Positions 8,481 through 18,600 of a DNA stretch of 64,000 bases are shown in pieces. Both the position numbers and the translations under genes were made by a program. Source of the stretch: Candidatus Fibrimonadaceae bacterium (lineage in GTDB: Bacteria; Fibrobacterota; Fibrobacteria; Fibrobacterales; Fibrobacteraceae); contig JAITFP010000075.1 of the NCBI GenBank assembly GCA_031281275.1, positions 18,056-82,055 on the forward strand, written 5' to 3'. The notes beneath the pieces were generated by a model. It was not told the DNA's origin, ran no database searches, and worked only from the letters and a program-made list of their open reading frames with translations. Numbering within the stretch: the stretch's first letter is position 1; the number at the start of each line of letters is the position of its first letter.

Positions 8481-10529
8481 TTATTGTTCCATTCTATTTT
8501 TGCGAAAATACATTTTATAACGACCCATTTGCTGTTCCGTAAACTGTTCTGTTAGAATTTGATATGCTTGTGATGCAATTTGATCCCACATTTTTGAAAC
8601 TACCACAGCATCAGATTTTTCTATATTAGATATCAAAGAATCTCCAAAACCAGGAACTTCATTAAACCACCAAGATGCTTGTAAAAAATACGGACCCATA
8701 GGAGAATGTTTGGTATAACCGAAAATTCCTGGACCATTACTATTAAATTCATCTATGAAAGTGTATCTATCTATATTTAATTCATCCATTTTGGAATCTA
8801 AATAAATGGCTGCCTGTACTACTGGTTTCCTATTGTCATCCAAGTGTCTCTTTCGTCTATCATATTGAAAATCTGGCAAGTTTAACGTTGCTATTACAAG
8901 AAAAATAAAACTCACAAAACCCAATTTGGCAACCACAGAAATTTCTCCGTTCCAGTCTCTCTGCAAAAGTAAAACTAAAGCCATATAAAATGGCAAAGCA
9001 AATACATAGTGATGATTAAAAAATTCTCCGCCAACACCAACAGAATAAGTAGTCAAAAAGAAAGCGACTCCAAAAAGCAAAATTTTAGAAAAAATATTAT
9101 ATTCATCTTTTATTGAATTTATACTACGGAAAAATGGCATAGATAAAAGACCAAGCACTGCAATAGCAAGTCCCCACGAAAATGCATTCATATCATCATA
9201 TATACGAGAAAATTCCATAGCTCGACGAAATGGCGAACCATGTCTAAAAATATGGGTAGAAAACATAAAATTAAGGTAATGTAAGAAATCGAACAGCCAA
9301 CCGCAAATCAAAAGAATTAAAATCCCAAATAAAATAGCGATAGCCAAAGGCAAGGCAAAACGGTAAAGCCAACATTTTATGTTCCTGTACGCAATTAAAG
9401 ATACTCCCAAAAGTGGGAATAAAAATGGTTCTTTAAATCCGCAAGCTCCTAAAATTCCAATAATAGCAAGGGTTGTTGATAATATTTTCCCTTTTTCAAA
9501 ATTTGGCATTAGCATTCCAAACACAGCTATGCAACCAAAAGCTGCACCAAAAGATTCTACTTGAAATTCACCAGAACGTTCCGCAGAATACAAAGCAAGC
9601 AATAATCCAGCAAGCAGAGAAAAGGCAAGTTTTGAAACGGAACGATAATTTGATAGATAAAAATAGGTAATTACAGGAATCACAGCTGTTATCAGCAAAA
9701 CAAATGCTTGAAAGTATGACGTAAGAATAGAACTATCAGAAATTCTAAAAGAAATTGCACTCACAAGGAAAATTCCAAGGGGTTTAACATCCCAAAGCCC
9801 GCTCCAAGGACTAATCCCATTCACAATTCCTCTACCAATAGCATAATAAACCAGAGAATCCACAGTATATACATCTGTAAGTTCATAATCAATTCTAAGG
9901 CACAACTCCATAAAAGCATAAATCACAAAAGGAAACGCCAAAATGCAAGCAAAAATGGTCTCCTGATTTAATTTTACTTCCATCTTTTTTATAGTGAACA
10001 AGATTAAAAACAGAAAAAGCAGGAAAAAAATATGATATATTAACGAGAGAGAGCGAAATTCGTTGTAGAAAGGTACTTCAACCCGAAATCCACCAGGACT
10101 ACCATTATTCTTAATACGAAATTTAAAATGGTTCAAGCCTTCCTTAATATATTCTGAAAAATCAAAATCCACTCCTCTTATATAATCGCAAAGCCCCTGA
10201 ATACCCTCAAGCGGAATATTTTCGCCATTAATCCAAATTTCCTGTATGCAGTCATCCGGAATAACTTTATATTCCACAGTTTTTTTATTTTTAACCAATA
10301 AATTGTAAGATACTATAAACTCTTCACCGTTTGCCATATCAACAGAATAAGGCAATTCTATGTTTTCTGTTTTTCCGTCTCTTGTAACTTTTATATCTGA
10401 AAATTCCATTTTGGCAGGAATAAACACCAAATATAAAACAGCCAGCAATGGCAGCAAGCAAAACAAAGGTTTGCGCAATATGTTTTTTTTAACGCAGTTA
10501 AGCAATATTAAAATTCGTTCACGGTTCAT
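8481..10529 (-). CDS. membrane protein with the same N-terminal beta-rich domain as 3788..5554 and 5556..7316, but a different polytopic body and a C-terminal soluble tail
   Basis: 682 aa. IPDDCIQEIWINGENIPLEGIQGLCDYIRG..FDFSEYIKEGLNHFKFRIKNNGSPGGFRV, then many TM helices, then a ~120-aa hydrophilic C-terminus. Confidence 0.5.
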   Translation of the reverse strand: MNRERILILLNCVKKNILRKPLFCLLPLLAVLYLVFIPAKMEFSDIKVTRDGKTENIELPYSVDMANGEEFIVSYNLLVKNKKTVEYKVIPDDCIQEIWINGENIPLEGIQGLCDYIRGVDFDFSEYIKEGLNHFKFRIKNNGSPGGFRVEVPFYNEFRSLSLIYHIFFLLFLFLILFTIKKMEVKLNQETIFACILAFPFVIYAFMELCLRIDYELTDVYTVDSLVYYAIGRGIVNGISPWSGLWDVKPLGIFLVSAISFRISDSSILTSYFQAFVLLITAVIPVITYFYLSNYRSVSKLAFSLLAGLLLALYSAERSGEFQVESFGAAFGCIAVFGMLMPNFEKGKILSTTLAIIGILGACGFKEPFLFPLLGVSLIAYRNIKCWLYRFALPLAIAILFGILILLICGWLFDFLHYLNFMFSTHIFRHGSPFRRAMEFSRIYDDMNAFSWGLAIAVLGLLSMPFFRSINSIKDEYNIFSKILLFGVAFFLTTYSVGVGGEFFNHHYVFALPFYMALVLLLQRDWNGEISVVAKLGFVSFIFLVIATLNLPDFQYDRRKRHLDDNRKPVVQAAIYLDSKMDELNIDRYTFIDEFNSNGPGIFGYTKHSPMGPYFLQASWWFNEVPGFGDSLISNIEKSDAVVVSKMWDQIASQAYQILTEQFTEQQMGRYKMYFRKNRMEQ

Positions 10530-10933
10530 CTATGCGAAAATATATAAAATTGTTTACTAGTATAATTAAACACAAAAGCCACGCCGGTTCCGGCTATTTT
10601 TGAAAGCATTTTGTGAAAGCCCAAAATTTCCACGCAAAAGGCGGTCGTTCCCAAGTCAATGGCTAAACCTATTGCACCCACAAGAACTACCATCACAAAT
10701 TCAGTGCGTTTTTTTCTGCCTTCTTTGGATTTGAAAATAATTTTGCATAAAATAAAATTTACAGTTGCACTTATAAAAAAAGAGAACAATGCCGCAAGTA
10801 AATAGTACACTTCAAATTTAGAGTCTAAAAAATAAAAAACACTCCAATTCACAAATGCACAAAACAATCCGGCAAAAAAATATTGTATGAACATCGGTGC
10901 GAGCGATTTTAGAAAAGCCCTATTTACCCTCAT
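10526..10933 (-). CDS. GtrA-family membrane protein (second copy)
   Basis: 135 aa, 4 [24 protein letters not shown]...[13 protein letters not shown]...[13 protein letters not shown]. 4-nt overlap with the downstream gene. Confidence 0.5.
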   Translation of the reverse strand: MRVNRAFLKSLAPMFIQYFFAGLFCAFVNWSVFYFLDSKFEVYYLLAALFSFFISATVNFILCKIIFKSKEGRKKRTEFVMVVLVGAIGLAIDLGTTAFCVEILGFHKMLSKIAGTGVAFVFNYTSKQFYIFSHR

Positions 10934-12269
10934 GGTAATCCTCTTCGCTATTCACGCTCCAAATTGCAGATTTATCTTTTGAACCGTAACGAATGGCATT
11001 CACGGCTTCCTTTGCACTTAGCATTGAATGATCCATGTTGTTGTACTTGTGCATTCCGTTTCGCCCAATTAAAAATAAATTGTCAATGCCATCTAGCCAC
11101 GCTTTGAGTTCACCAAATTTATTGTAAGTTCCAAAATATGCCGGGTAGGCTTTTGGAACTTTTATCACCACAGAGTCCAAAACATTTTCTTTTTTTGCCA
11201 TGCCAATTTTTTCAAGTTCGCTTATGGCAAATTTTGAGAAAACTCTTTCACTCAAATTCCACAAATCATCGCCTTCGTTTGCAAAATATTCCATGCCAAG
11301 CCATATCTTGCTTTTATCCTTAACAAGATGCTCACTCCAATTATTGAAAATTTGCAACCTGCCCACTTTCACATCGCTTTCTTGAACATAAATCCAATTA
11401 TCTTTAATATCACCTACTTCAAGTTTTTCTAAAAGTACTCCAACCGTAATAAAATCCCTGTACACCAAGCCATTTGCAATTTCCTTAATGTTTGGCGGAA
11501 CATCTTCCAAAGCATTTATCAAATCTTTTATTGGCATTGAGCTTAGAACATAATCGTATTCTTTTAAATTCAATTTCTCTATTTTTGTGTTGAATTTAAT
11601 TTCGCCACCCATTTCCAAAATTTTATTTGCAACTCGTTGCCACAAATCGCCTGGACCAAGTTTGGGGTATAAAAATTCATCTATTAAACTTGTTTCTTTG
11701 GTGTTTTTAAAAAGAGCGTGCTTTATTGTTTTGGCAATGCTCAGTCCCTTTATTCTTTGCGCCCCCCATTCCGCACTTATTTGCTCGCATGGAATGCCCC
11801 ACACTTTTTCTGTGTAGTCTTTGAAAAATGTTAGATAGAGTTCTTTGCCAAAACGGTTCAGCATAAAATCTTGCAAATTTTTTTCTGTTTTAATTTGGAA
11901 TAAACTGGATTTTAAATAGCTTGTGCCTATTTTTGCCATTCTCCACAAGCCAAGACCTTTTATCGTATTTGCATTCAGCGATACTGGATAGTCAAAAAAT
12001 TTTCGCATATAAAGAATACGAGAGAGACGTGGGCGCAGCATCATATCTCCGTAAATTGTATTCCACCACTCCATAACCCAATTGTTCTTGCTGAAAAACC
12101 TGTGCCCGCCAATATCCATTCTATTGCCGTTGTGCTCCACCGTGCGGCTAATTCCGCCAACAAAATTTTCTTGCTCAACGACTGTCGGGTGAATATCGCC
12201 TTTTTTGAGAAATTCGAAAGCAGCAGTAAGCCCAGCTGGACCAGCGCCTATAATGAGGGCAGTTTTCAT
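10920..12269 (-). CDS. FAD/NAD(P)-dependent oxidoreductase (UDP-galactopyranose-mutase / amine-oxidase-like fold)
   Basis: 449 aa. N-terminal [17 protein letters not shown]...[14 protein letters not shown] dinucleotide-binding motif. First gene of the glycan operon. Confidence 0.6.
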   Translation of the reverse strand: MKTALIIGAGPAGLTAAFEFLKKGDIHPTVVEQENFVGGISRTVEHNGNRMDIGGHRFFSKNNWVMEWWNTIYGDMMLRPRLSRILYMRKFFDYPVSLNANTIKGLGLWRMAKIGTSYLKSSLFQIKTEKNLQDFMLNRFGKELYLTFFKDYTEKVWGIPCEQISAEWGAQRIKGLSIAKTIKHALFKNTKETSLIDEFLYPKLGPGDLWQRVANKILEMGGEIKFNTKIEKLNLKEYDYVLSSMPIKDLINALEDVPPNIKEIANGLVYRDFITVGVLLEKLEVGDIKDNWIYVQESDVKVGRLQIFNNWSEHLVKDKSKIWLGMEYFANEGDDLWNLSERVFSKFAISELEKIGMAKKENVLDSVVIKVPKAYPAYFGTYNKFGELKAWLDGIDNLFLIGRNGMHKYNNMDHSMLSAKEAVNAIRYGSKDKSAIWSVNSEEDYHEGK

Positions 12270-12276
12270 GAGGTTT

Positions 12277-12287
12277 AATATAGAATT
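12277..12287 (-). promoter_or_regulatory. AATTCTATATT element 7 nt upstream of the ATG at 12269
   Basis: Minus-strand reading AAAATTCTATATTAAACCTCATG. Overlaps the plus-strand element by 2 nt inside a 38-bp divergent spacer. Confidence 0.4.
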
Positions 12288-12297
12288 TTTCTACATT
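12286..12297 (+). promoter_or_regulatory. TTTTTCTACATT element 10 nt upstream of the smc GTG
   Basis: Recurrent motif; there is no room for a separate SD leader. Confidence 0.4.
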
Positions 12298-12307
12298 AAC
12301 TTTCCCA

Positions 12308-15300
12308 GTGAAAATACAAAAGCTAAAAATTTTCGGTTTTAAATCCTTTGCGCAAAAGGTGGAAATCCAGTTGGAAGGAAATGGATTAACCGCCATAGTT
12401 GGTCCTAATGGCTGCGGAAAGTCCAATATAGTGGATGCTATTCGCTGGGTTATGGGCGAGCAGAGAGCCGGACTCCTCAGAATGGATAAAATGCAGGGGG
12501 TTATTTTTTCTGGAACAGAAGAAAGACCCGCAATGAGCATGGCAGAGGTTTCGCTTGTAATTGAAAACGATAGGGGGCTTTTGCCATCTGAATATGCAGA
12601 GGTTATGATAACCAGAAAAGCCTTTAGCGATGGTGAATCCAAATATTTGATAAATAATCAGGAGTGCCGCCTTGCAGATATAAAAAATCTTTTTGCAGAT
12701 ACAGGCATGGGCGCAGGCTCATATTCACAAATGGACCAAAGAATGGTAGATGCCCTGCTCAGCGACAAAGCAGACGAGCGCAGAACAATTTTCGAAGAAG
12801 CCGCTGGTGTTAGCAAATACAAAAAGCAAAAAAAAGAAGCTGTATCTCAGCTCGAGCGCGTTAGCGCAGATATGGAGCGCATAGCCATTGAACTGCAACA
12901 CGCCAAAAATCAGTTCAAGCAGCAAGAGAGAATGCTCGCCCGCGCCCAAGATTTGCGCACTTTGAAAAATCGCCTAAAAGAATTGGATGTCTCGGTTAGT
13001 ATTCATAAATACAAAGAAGGCAAGGAATCCCTACACGCCCTTTTAAAAGCAAAAACCACAGGCGAAACAGAACTCAGCGCACTCACTTCAAAGCAAACAG
13101 AGCTTGAAACCAAAATAGAAGAGAAACGGCTTTTGATTTCAAGCGAAGAAGAATATTTTAGGGAATGTGAAAAAGTTTATTACGATACCTCAGCAGAAAT
13201 AACAAAACTCAATTCAGATTACATAAATCTTCAAAATAGAGAAAAAGAGCTGGAAGAAAACAAAGCTCGCTGCGAACGCGAAATTAGCGAAAGCGAAAAG
13301 AAAATTTCGGAATTGAATGTGGAAATGCAAAGTTTGGGAAACGTTGAAGAGAAGGGCAAAAAAGAAACCGAAACATTGCTAAATCTGCGCGGCACGGTAG
13401 AAGACCTGCGCAAAAGGCACAGGGAACTTTCAGACAAAAGATTGCTATCTGTTCAAGAACAGGGAAAACTGCAAAGCCACTTGCAAATAATAAATGCCGA
13501 AATGAAAATGTTAAATGAACGGCAGCAACAAGCCGCAAAAGACATCCAAAACCTTGAGGCTCAAATACAAGAGCAAAAAACGCTAAAAAGCAGCAAAGAA
13601 AGTGAAAGCGAGGAGAGCAAAAAAAAGTCCGAAATGCTCGCAGAGAAAATAAGCGTTTTAACAAACGAAAAAGAGACTTTGAGCGAAACCCTTGAATCTT
13701 TGAAAAACCAAAGAATGGAAGCTCTTGGCAACAAAAATCGATTGGAAGCTAGGCTTGAAACCCTGCAAAGCATAAGTGAAAACATGGATAATTTAGAGGG
13801 CAACAAATGGCTCTTAAACCAAAAAACCGAGGAAGGAATTCTTTTGCTCTCCAATCAAATAGAAGTTCTGGAAAGCAAATTTGCATCCTTGGTTGAATTT
13901 TGCCTAGGTTCTTCTGTGCAAGCTCTTTTAATGCAAAATCAAGAGACTGTTTTGAACAGCGCAAAACTATTGAACAACGAAAACTTCGGTCGCGCTTTGC
14001 TTGCTTGGAACACAAATCTGTTTGAAGAAAAAATGAACATCGACGAGCCAGATGTTGCCCCGCTAGCCTCTCTTGTGAAATGCAACGAAAAATCCCTTGC
14101 CTTGCTAAACTCTCTGCTCTCAAAATATTTTTTGGCGAAAGATATTGAAACTGCGGCAGAACTCGCAAAAAAATATATCGGCAAGGATTTATGGTTTTGC
14201 ACCGAAAATTGCCAAGCAATAAGTGCTTTGGGCATTGCAAAAGTTGGAAGAGAGCAAAAAGAAAATTTGGGAATTTTGCAACAAAATGCGGAGATGAAAA
14301 ATTTAAAAACGGGCATAGATTCTCTAAAAGAAAAAGCAGAATCTGCAAATGCGCAAATTAACGCGGCAAGCGAAAAACTGCAAGAGCTTTCCATTTTAAT
14401 TTCAAATTCCCTAGAAGAAAAACAGGGCGCAGACACACACGCAACAAAAGCTAATTCAGAGGCAGAAATCGCAAATGCCAGCATTTTTGCCCTAAATGCC
14501 CAAAAAGAAAAAAACGAACAGGATATTTCAAAATTGGAAGCTCGCTTGCAAGAACTGAAAATTTCCAAAGAATCAAATGCCGAGCTTAATGCCGCAGGTC
14601 TTGAGCTGGAGCAGGCGGAACAGGAGTTTGCAAAAACAGATTCTGAATTGCAAAAACAAGAGCAGGCATTAAAAAACCAAGAAGATTTGGTTGCCAAGCT
14701 CGCCAACTCTCTGAACCGTTTGGATTCTGTTAGGGAGCAGATAAAAACCATCAACAACACCACTCATCTGCGGGCAAATGAGCTTGAAGAGATAAAAGAT
14801 AAAAAAGAATTTTTAAAAAGTGAGCTTGAAAGCAAAGCCATTAACATAGAAGAGCAAAACGAAATTTTGTCAAAAAAAGAAAAATTGAAGGATGCGGCTA
14901 GGGAAAAATACATGGCTATGGCTGGCGATATAGAAGAATGGCGGAGCGAACTTCGCGAAATAAACAATTCCCTGCGCGAAAAAGACAAAAATACCCACAC
15001 CTTGGAGCTTGCAATGCAAGATTCCACAAATGCGCTGGAAAGAATAAGAGAGCGTATTTTTCAGGAATATGAATTTGATTTGGAAAAAGAGCCTGCGGAG
15101 CAGGGTTTTGCCCCTGTGCCAATATATGAACGCGAAGCAAATGTTGAAATACACGATTTACGCGAAAAAATAAAGGCTATAGGTCCTGTGTCAATATCTG
15201 CCGCCGAAGATGTTGAAACGGAACGCGAAAGAGTATTTTCCATAGAGGCTCAATACAACGACTTGAGCAAAGCAAAAAACAGCTTGGTTGCCGTTATGGA

Positions 15301-15784
15301 AAGGCTAGACATAGTGGCTAGAGACCGTTTTGTGGACACTTTCCGCAAAATACAGCACAATTATCAGGAAGTTTTTGCGAGCTTAATGCGCGATGGCGAG
15401 GCTCTGTTAACCATGCAAAACGATTTAGATCCCTTAGAAGCCGAAATTGAAATAAATGCCCGCCCAACAGGCAAAAAAATGAGGGGAGTTAGAGCTTTGT
15501 CTGGAGGGGAACGAGCTTTAACCGCCACTGCCCTGCTTTTTGCCCTTTATATGGTAAAGCCCTCCCCATACTGTATATTAGACGAAATTGACGGTCCCTT
15601 GGACGATGCCAATATAGGGCGTTTTATGGCACTGTTGCGCCGTTTTAGCTCCCAAACCCAATTTGTCATTATTACTCACAATAAAAGAACAATGGCGGCA
15701 GCTGACAGGCTTTACGGCGTTACTCAAGAAGAAAAAGGCGTTAGCAAAGTAGGTTCGGTGCGTTTAGAAGACATAAATGAATGA
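12308..15784 (+). CDS. smc: chromosome partition protein Smc
   Basis: 1158 aa. N-terminal FKSF...IVGPNGCGKSNIVDAIRWVMGEQ Walker A, a long Glu/Lys/Leu coiled coil, and C-terminal LSGGERALTATALLFAL...ILDEIDGPLDDAN signature/Walker B. Confidence 0.95.
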   Translation: MKIQKLKIFGFKSFAQKVEIQLEGNGLTAIVGPNGCGKSNIVDAIRWVMGEQRAGLLRMDKMQGVIFSGTEERPAMSMAEVSLVIENDRGLLPSEYAEVMITRKAFSDGESKYLINNQECRLADIKNLFADTGMGAGSYSQMDQRMVDALLSDKADERRTIFEEAAGVSKYKKQKKEAVSQLERVSADMERIAIELQHAKNQFKQQERMLARAQDLRTLKNRLKELDVSVSIHKYKEGKESLHALLKAKTTGETELSALTSKQTELETKIEEKRLLISSEEEYFRECEKVYYDTSAEITKLNSDYINLQNREKELEENKARCEREISESEKKISELNVEMQSLGNVEEKGKKETETLLNLRGTVEDLRKRHRELSDKRLLSVQEQGKLQSHLQIINAEMKMLNERQQQAAKDIQNLEAQIQEQKTLKSSKESESEESKKKSEMLAEKISVLTNEKETLSETLESLKNQRMEALGNKNRLEARLETLQSISENMDNLEGNKWLLNQKTEEGILLLSNQIEVLESKFASLVEFCLGSSVQALLMQNQETVLNSAKLLNNENFGRALLAWNTNLFEEKMNIDEPDVAPLASLVKCNEKSLALLNSLLSKYFLAKDIETAAELAKKYIGKDLWFCTENCQAISALGIAKVGREQKENLGILQQNAEMKNLKTGIDSLKEKAESANAQINAASEKLQELSILISNSLEEKQGADTHATKANSEAEIANASIFALNAQKEKNEQDISKLEARLQELKISKESNAELNAAGLELEQAEQEFAKTDSELQKQEQALKNQEDLVAKLANSLNRLDSVREQIKTINNTTHLRANELEEIKDKKEFLKSELESKAINIEEQNEILSKKEKLKDAAREKYMAMAGDIEEWRSELREINNSLREKDKNTHTLELAMQDSTNALERIRERIFQEYEFDLEKEPAEQGFAPVPIYEREANVEIHDLREKIKAIGPVSISAAEDVETERERVFSIEAQYNDLSKAKNSLVAVMERLDIVARDRFVDTFRKIQHNYQEVFASLMRDGEALLTMQNDLDPLEAEIEINARPTGKKMRGVRALSGGERALTATALLFALYMVKPSPYCILDEIDGPLDDANIGRFMALLRRFSSQTQFVIITHNKRTMAAADRLYGVTQEEKGVSKVGSVRLEDINE

Positions 15785-15839
15785 TACGCAATTTTTTTTT
15801 CTAAATTAAGGGCTTAAATACATTTAATGGAGATGTTCG

Positions 15840-17126
15840 ATGAAAACTTTGCGTTTTGCTATTGTCGCAGCAGCCGTGGTCGGTAGCGTGTCTGTTTTTG
15901 CAACCAATGCTCGTGTAGAGTCTTTGGGAAAGAGTTCCACTTTTATTATGGACGACGTTTCAATTTTCGACAATCCTGCTAACATCAACCTTTATCCCAA
16001 TTTTTTAATAGGTGAGCTTGGCAACTATCTTTATCCCACAGGTAGCGTAGAGCCTGGGCAAAACCAAGACCCGCTTGATGCTTGGTTCGGTGGTATATTT
16101 TCGCTTAAAATTAGCCAAGATAATTCACTCTCCATTGCAGGTGTGTTAAACCGCAAAGAAGAAAGACTGTTGAAATATTTCCCAGATTGGATAGAGGGAA
16201 GCAACGGAATTAACAAAAAAACTCCAGCGCCTGTGACAAATTTTGATGGCTTTTTGGGTGCAAATCTAGACAACAAAGCCTTTGGTCTCCACATATATGT
16301 AGCTCATCAAGATGGCATTGACGGCGATGGTAACATTACCACAGACGGTTTTGTATCTGCTTTGCAATTAGACGCGGGCACGAATATTGAAATTTCAAGT
16401 AACTATTCCATAGAAGCTTCTATTGGTACTGCTCGCATGCAATATGGTCCTAGCAAGCGTAAATTTTTCGATACCGACCTACTTTCTCTATTTTTCGATG
16501 CCCGCATGTTTTCAAGAATTAGCGCTATAAATGGTCATTTGATTCCTGTGATTTCTTTTCGCAATATGAATGCACCAGGTCGTGATGAGCTAGATATTGG
16601 CGCAGGCGTGGGCGTGGATGCTGCCTTTGACAGAGGTTTCTTTTGGCTTGGCTTAAAAGGTTTCTATAATAAGCAACGCGCAGGAGACACATGGCAGCTT
16701 ATAAGCGGCGGTGAAACCGTATATATGGGCACGGGGGATGATACTTGGGGCAGAGATAGAACAACTCTGAAGCAAATTGGCGGCACAATTAGTTTTGGCA
16801 TTGAAAGAAATATTTGGTGGGATTGGTTTGTTCTCCGCGTTGGCGGTCAAAAAACCATTGCTTATGCAGACTACAAAGACAATGGCACTAATGTCAGCAG
16901 TATTTTGTGCCCAACTCAGGGAGGTTGCCCAACCAACGGAAATTACTTTGTAACCAACCCAGCTAACAATGGCACAAAAAGCGATAATGTTGGCTTTGGC
17001 TTTGGGATAAATATTGAAGAAAAGCTGAAAATAGATGCCGCCGTAGCCGAAGATGTTGTGTTCCGCAATCCATTCCAAGGTGAAGGTCGTTTAATAAGCA
17101 GAATTTCTGCAACTTATTCATTCTAA
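15840..17126 (+). CDS. outer-membrane beta-barrel (porin-like) protein
   Basis: 428 aa. Signal peptide MKTLRFAIVAAAVVGSVSVFA, alternating beta-strand pattern, C-terminal ...ISATYSF. Confidence 0.5.
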   Translation: MKTLRFAIVAAAVVGSVSVFATNARVESLGKSSTFIMDDVSIFDNPANINLYPNFLIGELGNYLYPTGSVEPGQNQDPLDAWFGGIFSLKISQDNSLSIAGVLNRKEERLLKYFPDWIEGSNGINKKTPAPVTNFDGFLGANLDNKAFGLHIYVAHQDGIDGDGNITTDGFVSALQLDAGTNIEISSNYSIEASIGTARMQYGPSKRKFFDTDLLSLFFDARMFSRISAINGHLIPVISFRNMNAPGRDELDIGAGVGVDAAFDRGFFWLGLKGFYNKQRAGDTWQLISGGETVYMGTGDDTWGRDRTTLKQIGGTISFGIERNIWWDWFVLRVGGQKTIAYADYKDNGTNVSSILCPTQGGCPTNGNYFVTNPANNGTKSDNVGFGFGINIEEKLKIDAAVAEDVVFRNPFQGEGRLISRISATYSF

Positions 17127-17130
17127 TATT

Positions 17131-17490
17131 TTGTGGTATAGGCTCTTAATTTTACTATCATTATTGCTGCTGGTCTCTTGCGCAGACCCAGCTTTTAGGG
17201 TCCACGAGCGTTTGGAAAAAACCTTGCAGCAAGATTTGGAAAGCATGGTGGCTCAAATAATCAAAGGCTCTGGCAAGCAAAATGTTTTAGATACTCCTTA
17301 TTTTGTAATCAAAGATTTAAGGGAATTTCATGGAGATACCGCAAAAGTTTACTCCGCTTATGCAGAGGTGGAGTTTTATTATTTAAAAGATATAAAGGTA
17401 GCCGAAAAACGCAAATTCCGCTACGATGCAAACCGCCATTACTGGGACAGGTATTTTAAAGAATTGTTCTATTACTCAACTGCGCCCTAA
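17131..17490 (+). CDS. small lipoprotein, unknown function
   Basis: 119 aa with a TTG start. LLLSLLLLVSCADP lipobox. Begins 4 nt after the preceding gene. Confidence 0.4.
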   Translation: MWYRLLILLSLLLLVSCADPAFRVHERLEKTLQQDLESMVAQIIKGSGKQNVLDTPYFVIKDLREFHGDTAKVYSAYAEVEFYYLKDIKVAEKRKFRYDANRHYWDRYFKELFYYSTAP

Positions 17491-17616
17491 CCTGCTCGGG
17501 ATATAATCCTAAAAAAGCCAATAAATACGGTTCATTCTGAAAATACTGTAAATTCTGATAATTCTGGTTCAGACAATATGGCAGAAGTGGGAATTTTTTT
17601 TATATTTACCAAAGGT

Positions 17617-18549
17617 ATGTCCATTTTAAGGAAATTCCATTTTTTGATAAACCCTATAAGCGGAGGAGGGCTAGGCAAGGAAGTATTTGATTTTTTGCCG
17701 GAAATCATGCGTTCTATGGATTTTAAGGAAGATGAGTGGAAACGGGAATTCACCGTTATTGACCTTTTTGAAGAACAGATTAGAGATGCCCTAGCAGGCT
17801 CGGAGTGCCTTATAGCGGTTGGAGGCGATGGCACAATGACGGCTGTGTTCAGCGTTCTTTTGCAGCACGAGGAATTTAGGCAAATAAAGATTGGGCTTAT
17901 ACCCCTTGGAACGGGGAACGACCTAGCAAGGGTTTTGAACCTCTATTCCGCACTTGTGGATAGGGGCTTGCTGTACATAGTTCGTAAACTTGTTGTGGCA
18001 AAACACAGGGAGCTTGATTTGTGGCAGGTAAATGGGAAATTCGCAATGGCAAACTATTTTTCCGCAGGCATAGATGCCCACATTGCCCACGATTTCAATA
18101 GAGACAGAAAAGAGGGGAAAATAGCGGGAAATTCCGTGCTTAAAAATAAATTGCATTATGTGAAAAGATTTTTTGCCAATAAAAACTATCGTTTAAAATC
18201 TGGAGAGCTGCATATAACAGATGAATTTGGCAAGAAGAGCATTTTTCCTCTGCAAAACAATTGTACGGTTATAGTGGGCAATATTCCCAGCTTTGCCGGT
18301 GGCAGCAATCCTTTTGGAAAATCCGATATGGCAGACGGCTTGCTGGAGGTTTTAAGAATCAAATCCATTAATAACTTTTTAAGAGCCATTTCAATTGGGG
18401 CAAGCGGCTATGTTATAAAAGCCAAGGAAATTGAAATTCACCTCGAAAAAGAGGAATTTATTCAAATAGACGGAGAAGACTTCAAAGACAAGCTAGAAAT
18501 GCCAATTTTCATTAAATTTGGCGGAAAAGTAAATATGTTGCATTTATAG
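17617..18549 (+). CDS. diacylglycerol/lipid kinase family protein (DAGK catalytic domain, YegS/BmrU-like)
   Basis: NPISGGG, IAVGGDGT and LIPLGTGNDLARVL motifs. I chose the start MSILRKF at 17617, preceded by TTTTTTTATATTT. Confidence 0.75.
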   Translation: MSILRKFHFLINPISGGGLGKEVFDFLPEIMRSMDFKEDEWKREFTVIDLFEEQIRDALAGSECLIAVGGDGTMTAVFSVLLQHEEFRQIKIGLIPLGTGNDLARVLNLYSALVDRGLLYIVRKLVVAKHRELDLWQVNGKFAMANYFSAGIDAHIAHDFNRDRKEGKIAGNSVLKNKLHYVKRFFANKNYRLKSGELHITDEFGKKSIFPLQNNCTVIVGNIPSFAGGSNPFGKSDMADGLLEVLRIKSINNFLRAISIGASGYVIKAKEIEIHLEKEEFIQIDGEDFKDKLEMPIFIKFGGKVNMLHL

Positions 18550-18600
18550 CTAAAGTTTTTCAGAAATCTGCCGATATAAAGAATGAGGTGTGATTTACTG

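Noticed and set aside
12725-15243. Series of minus-strand ORFs (up to 274 aa) inside smc
   Set aside because: They are Ser/Phe/Leu-rich low-complexity mirror images of the Glu/Lys/Leu coiled-coil codons of smc, a typical antisense artefact.
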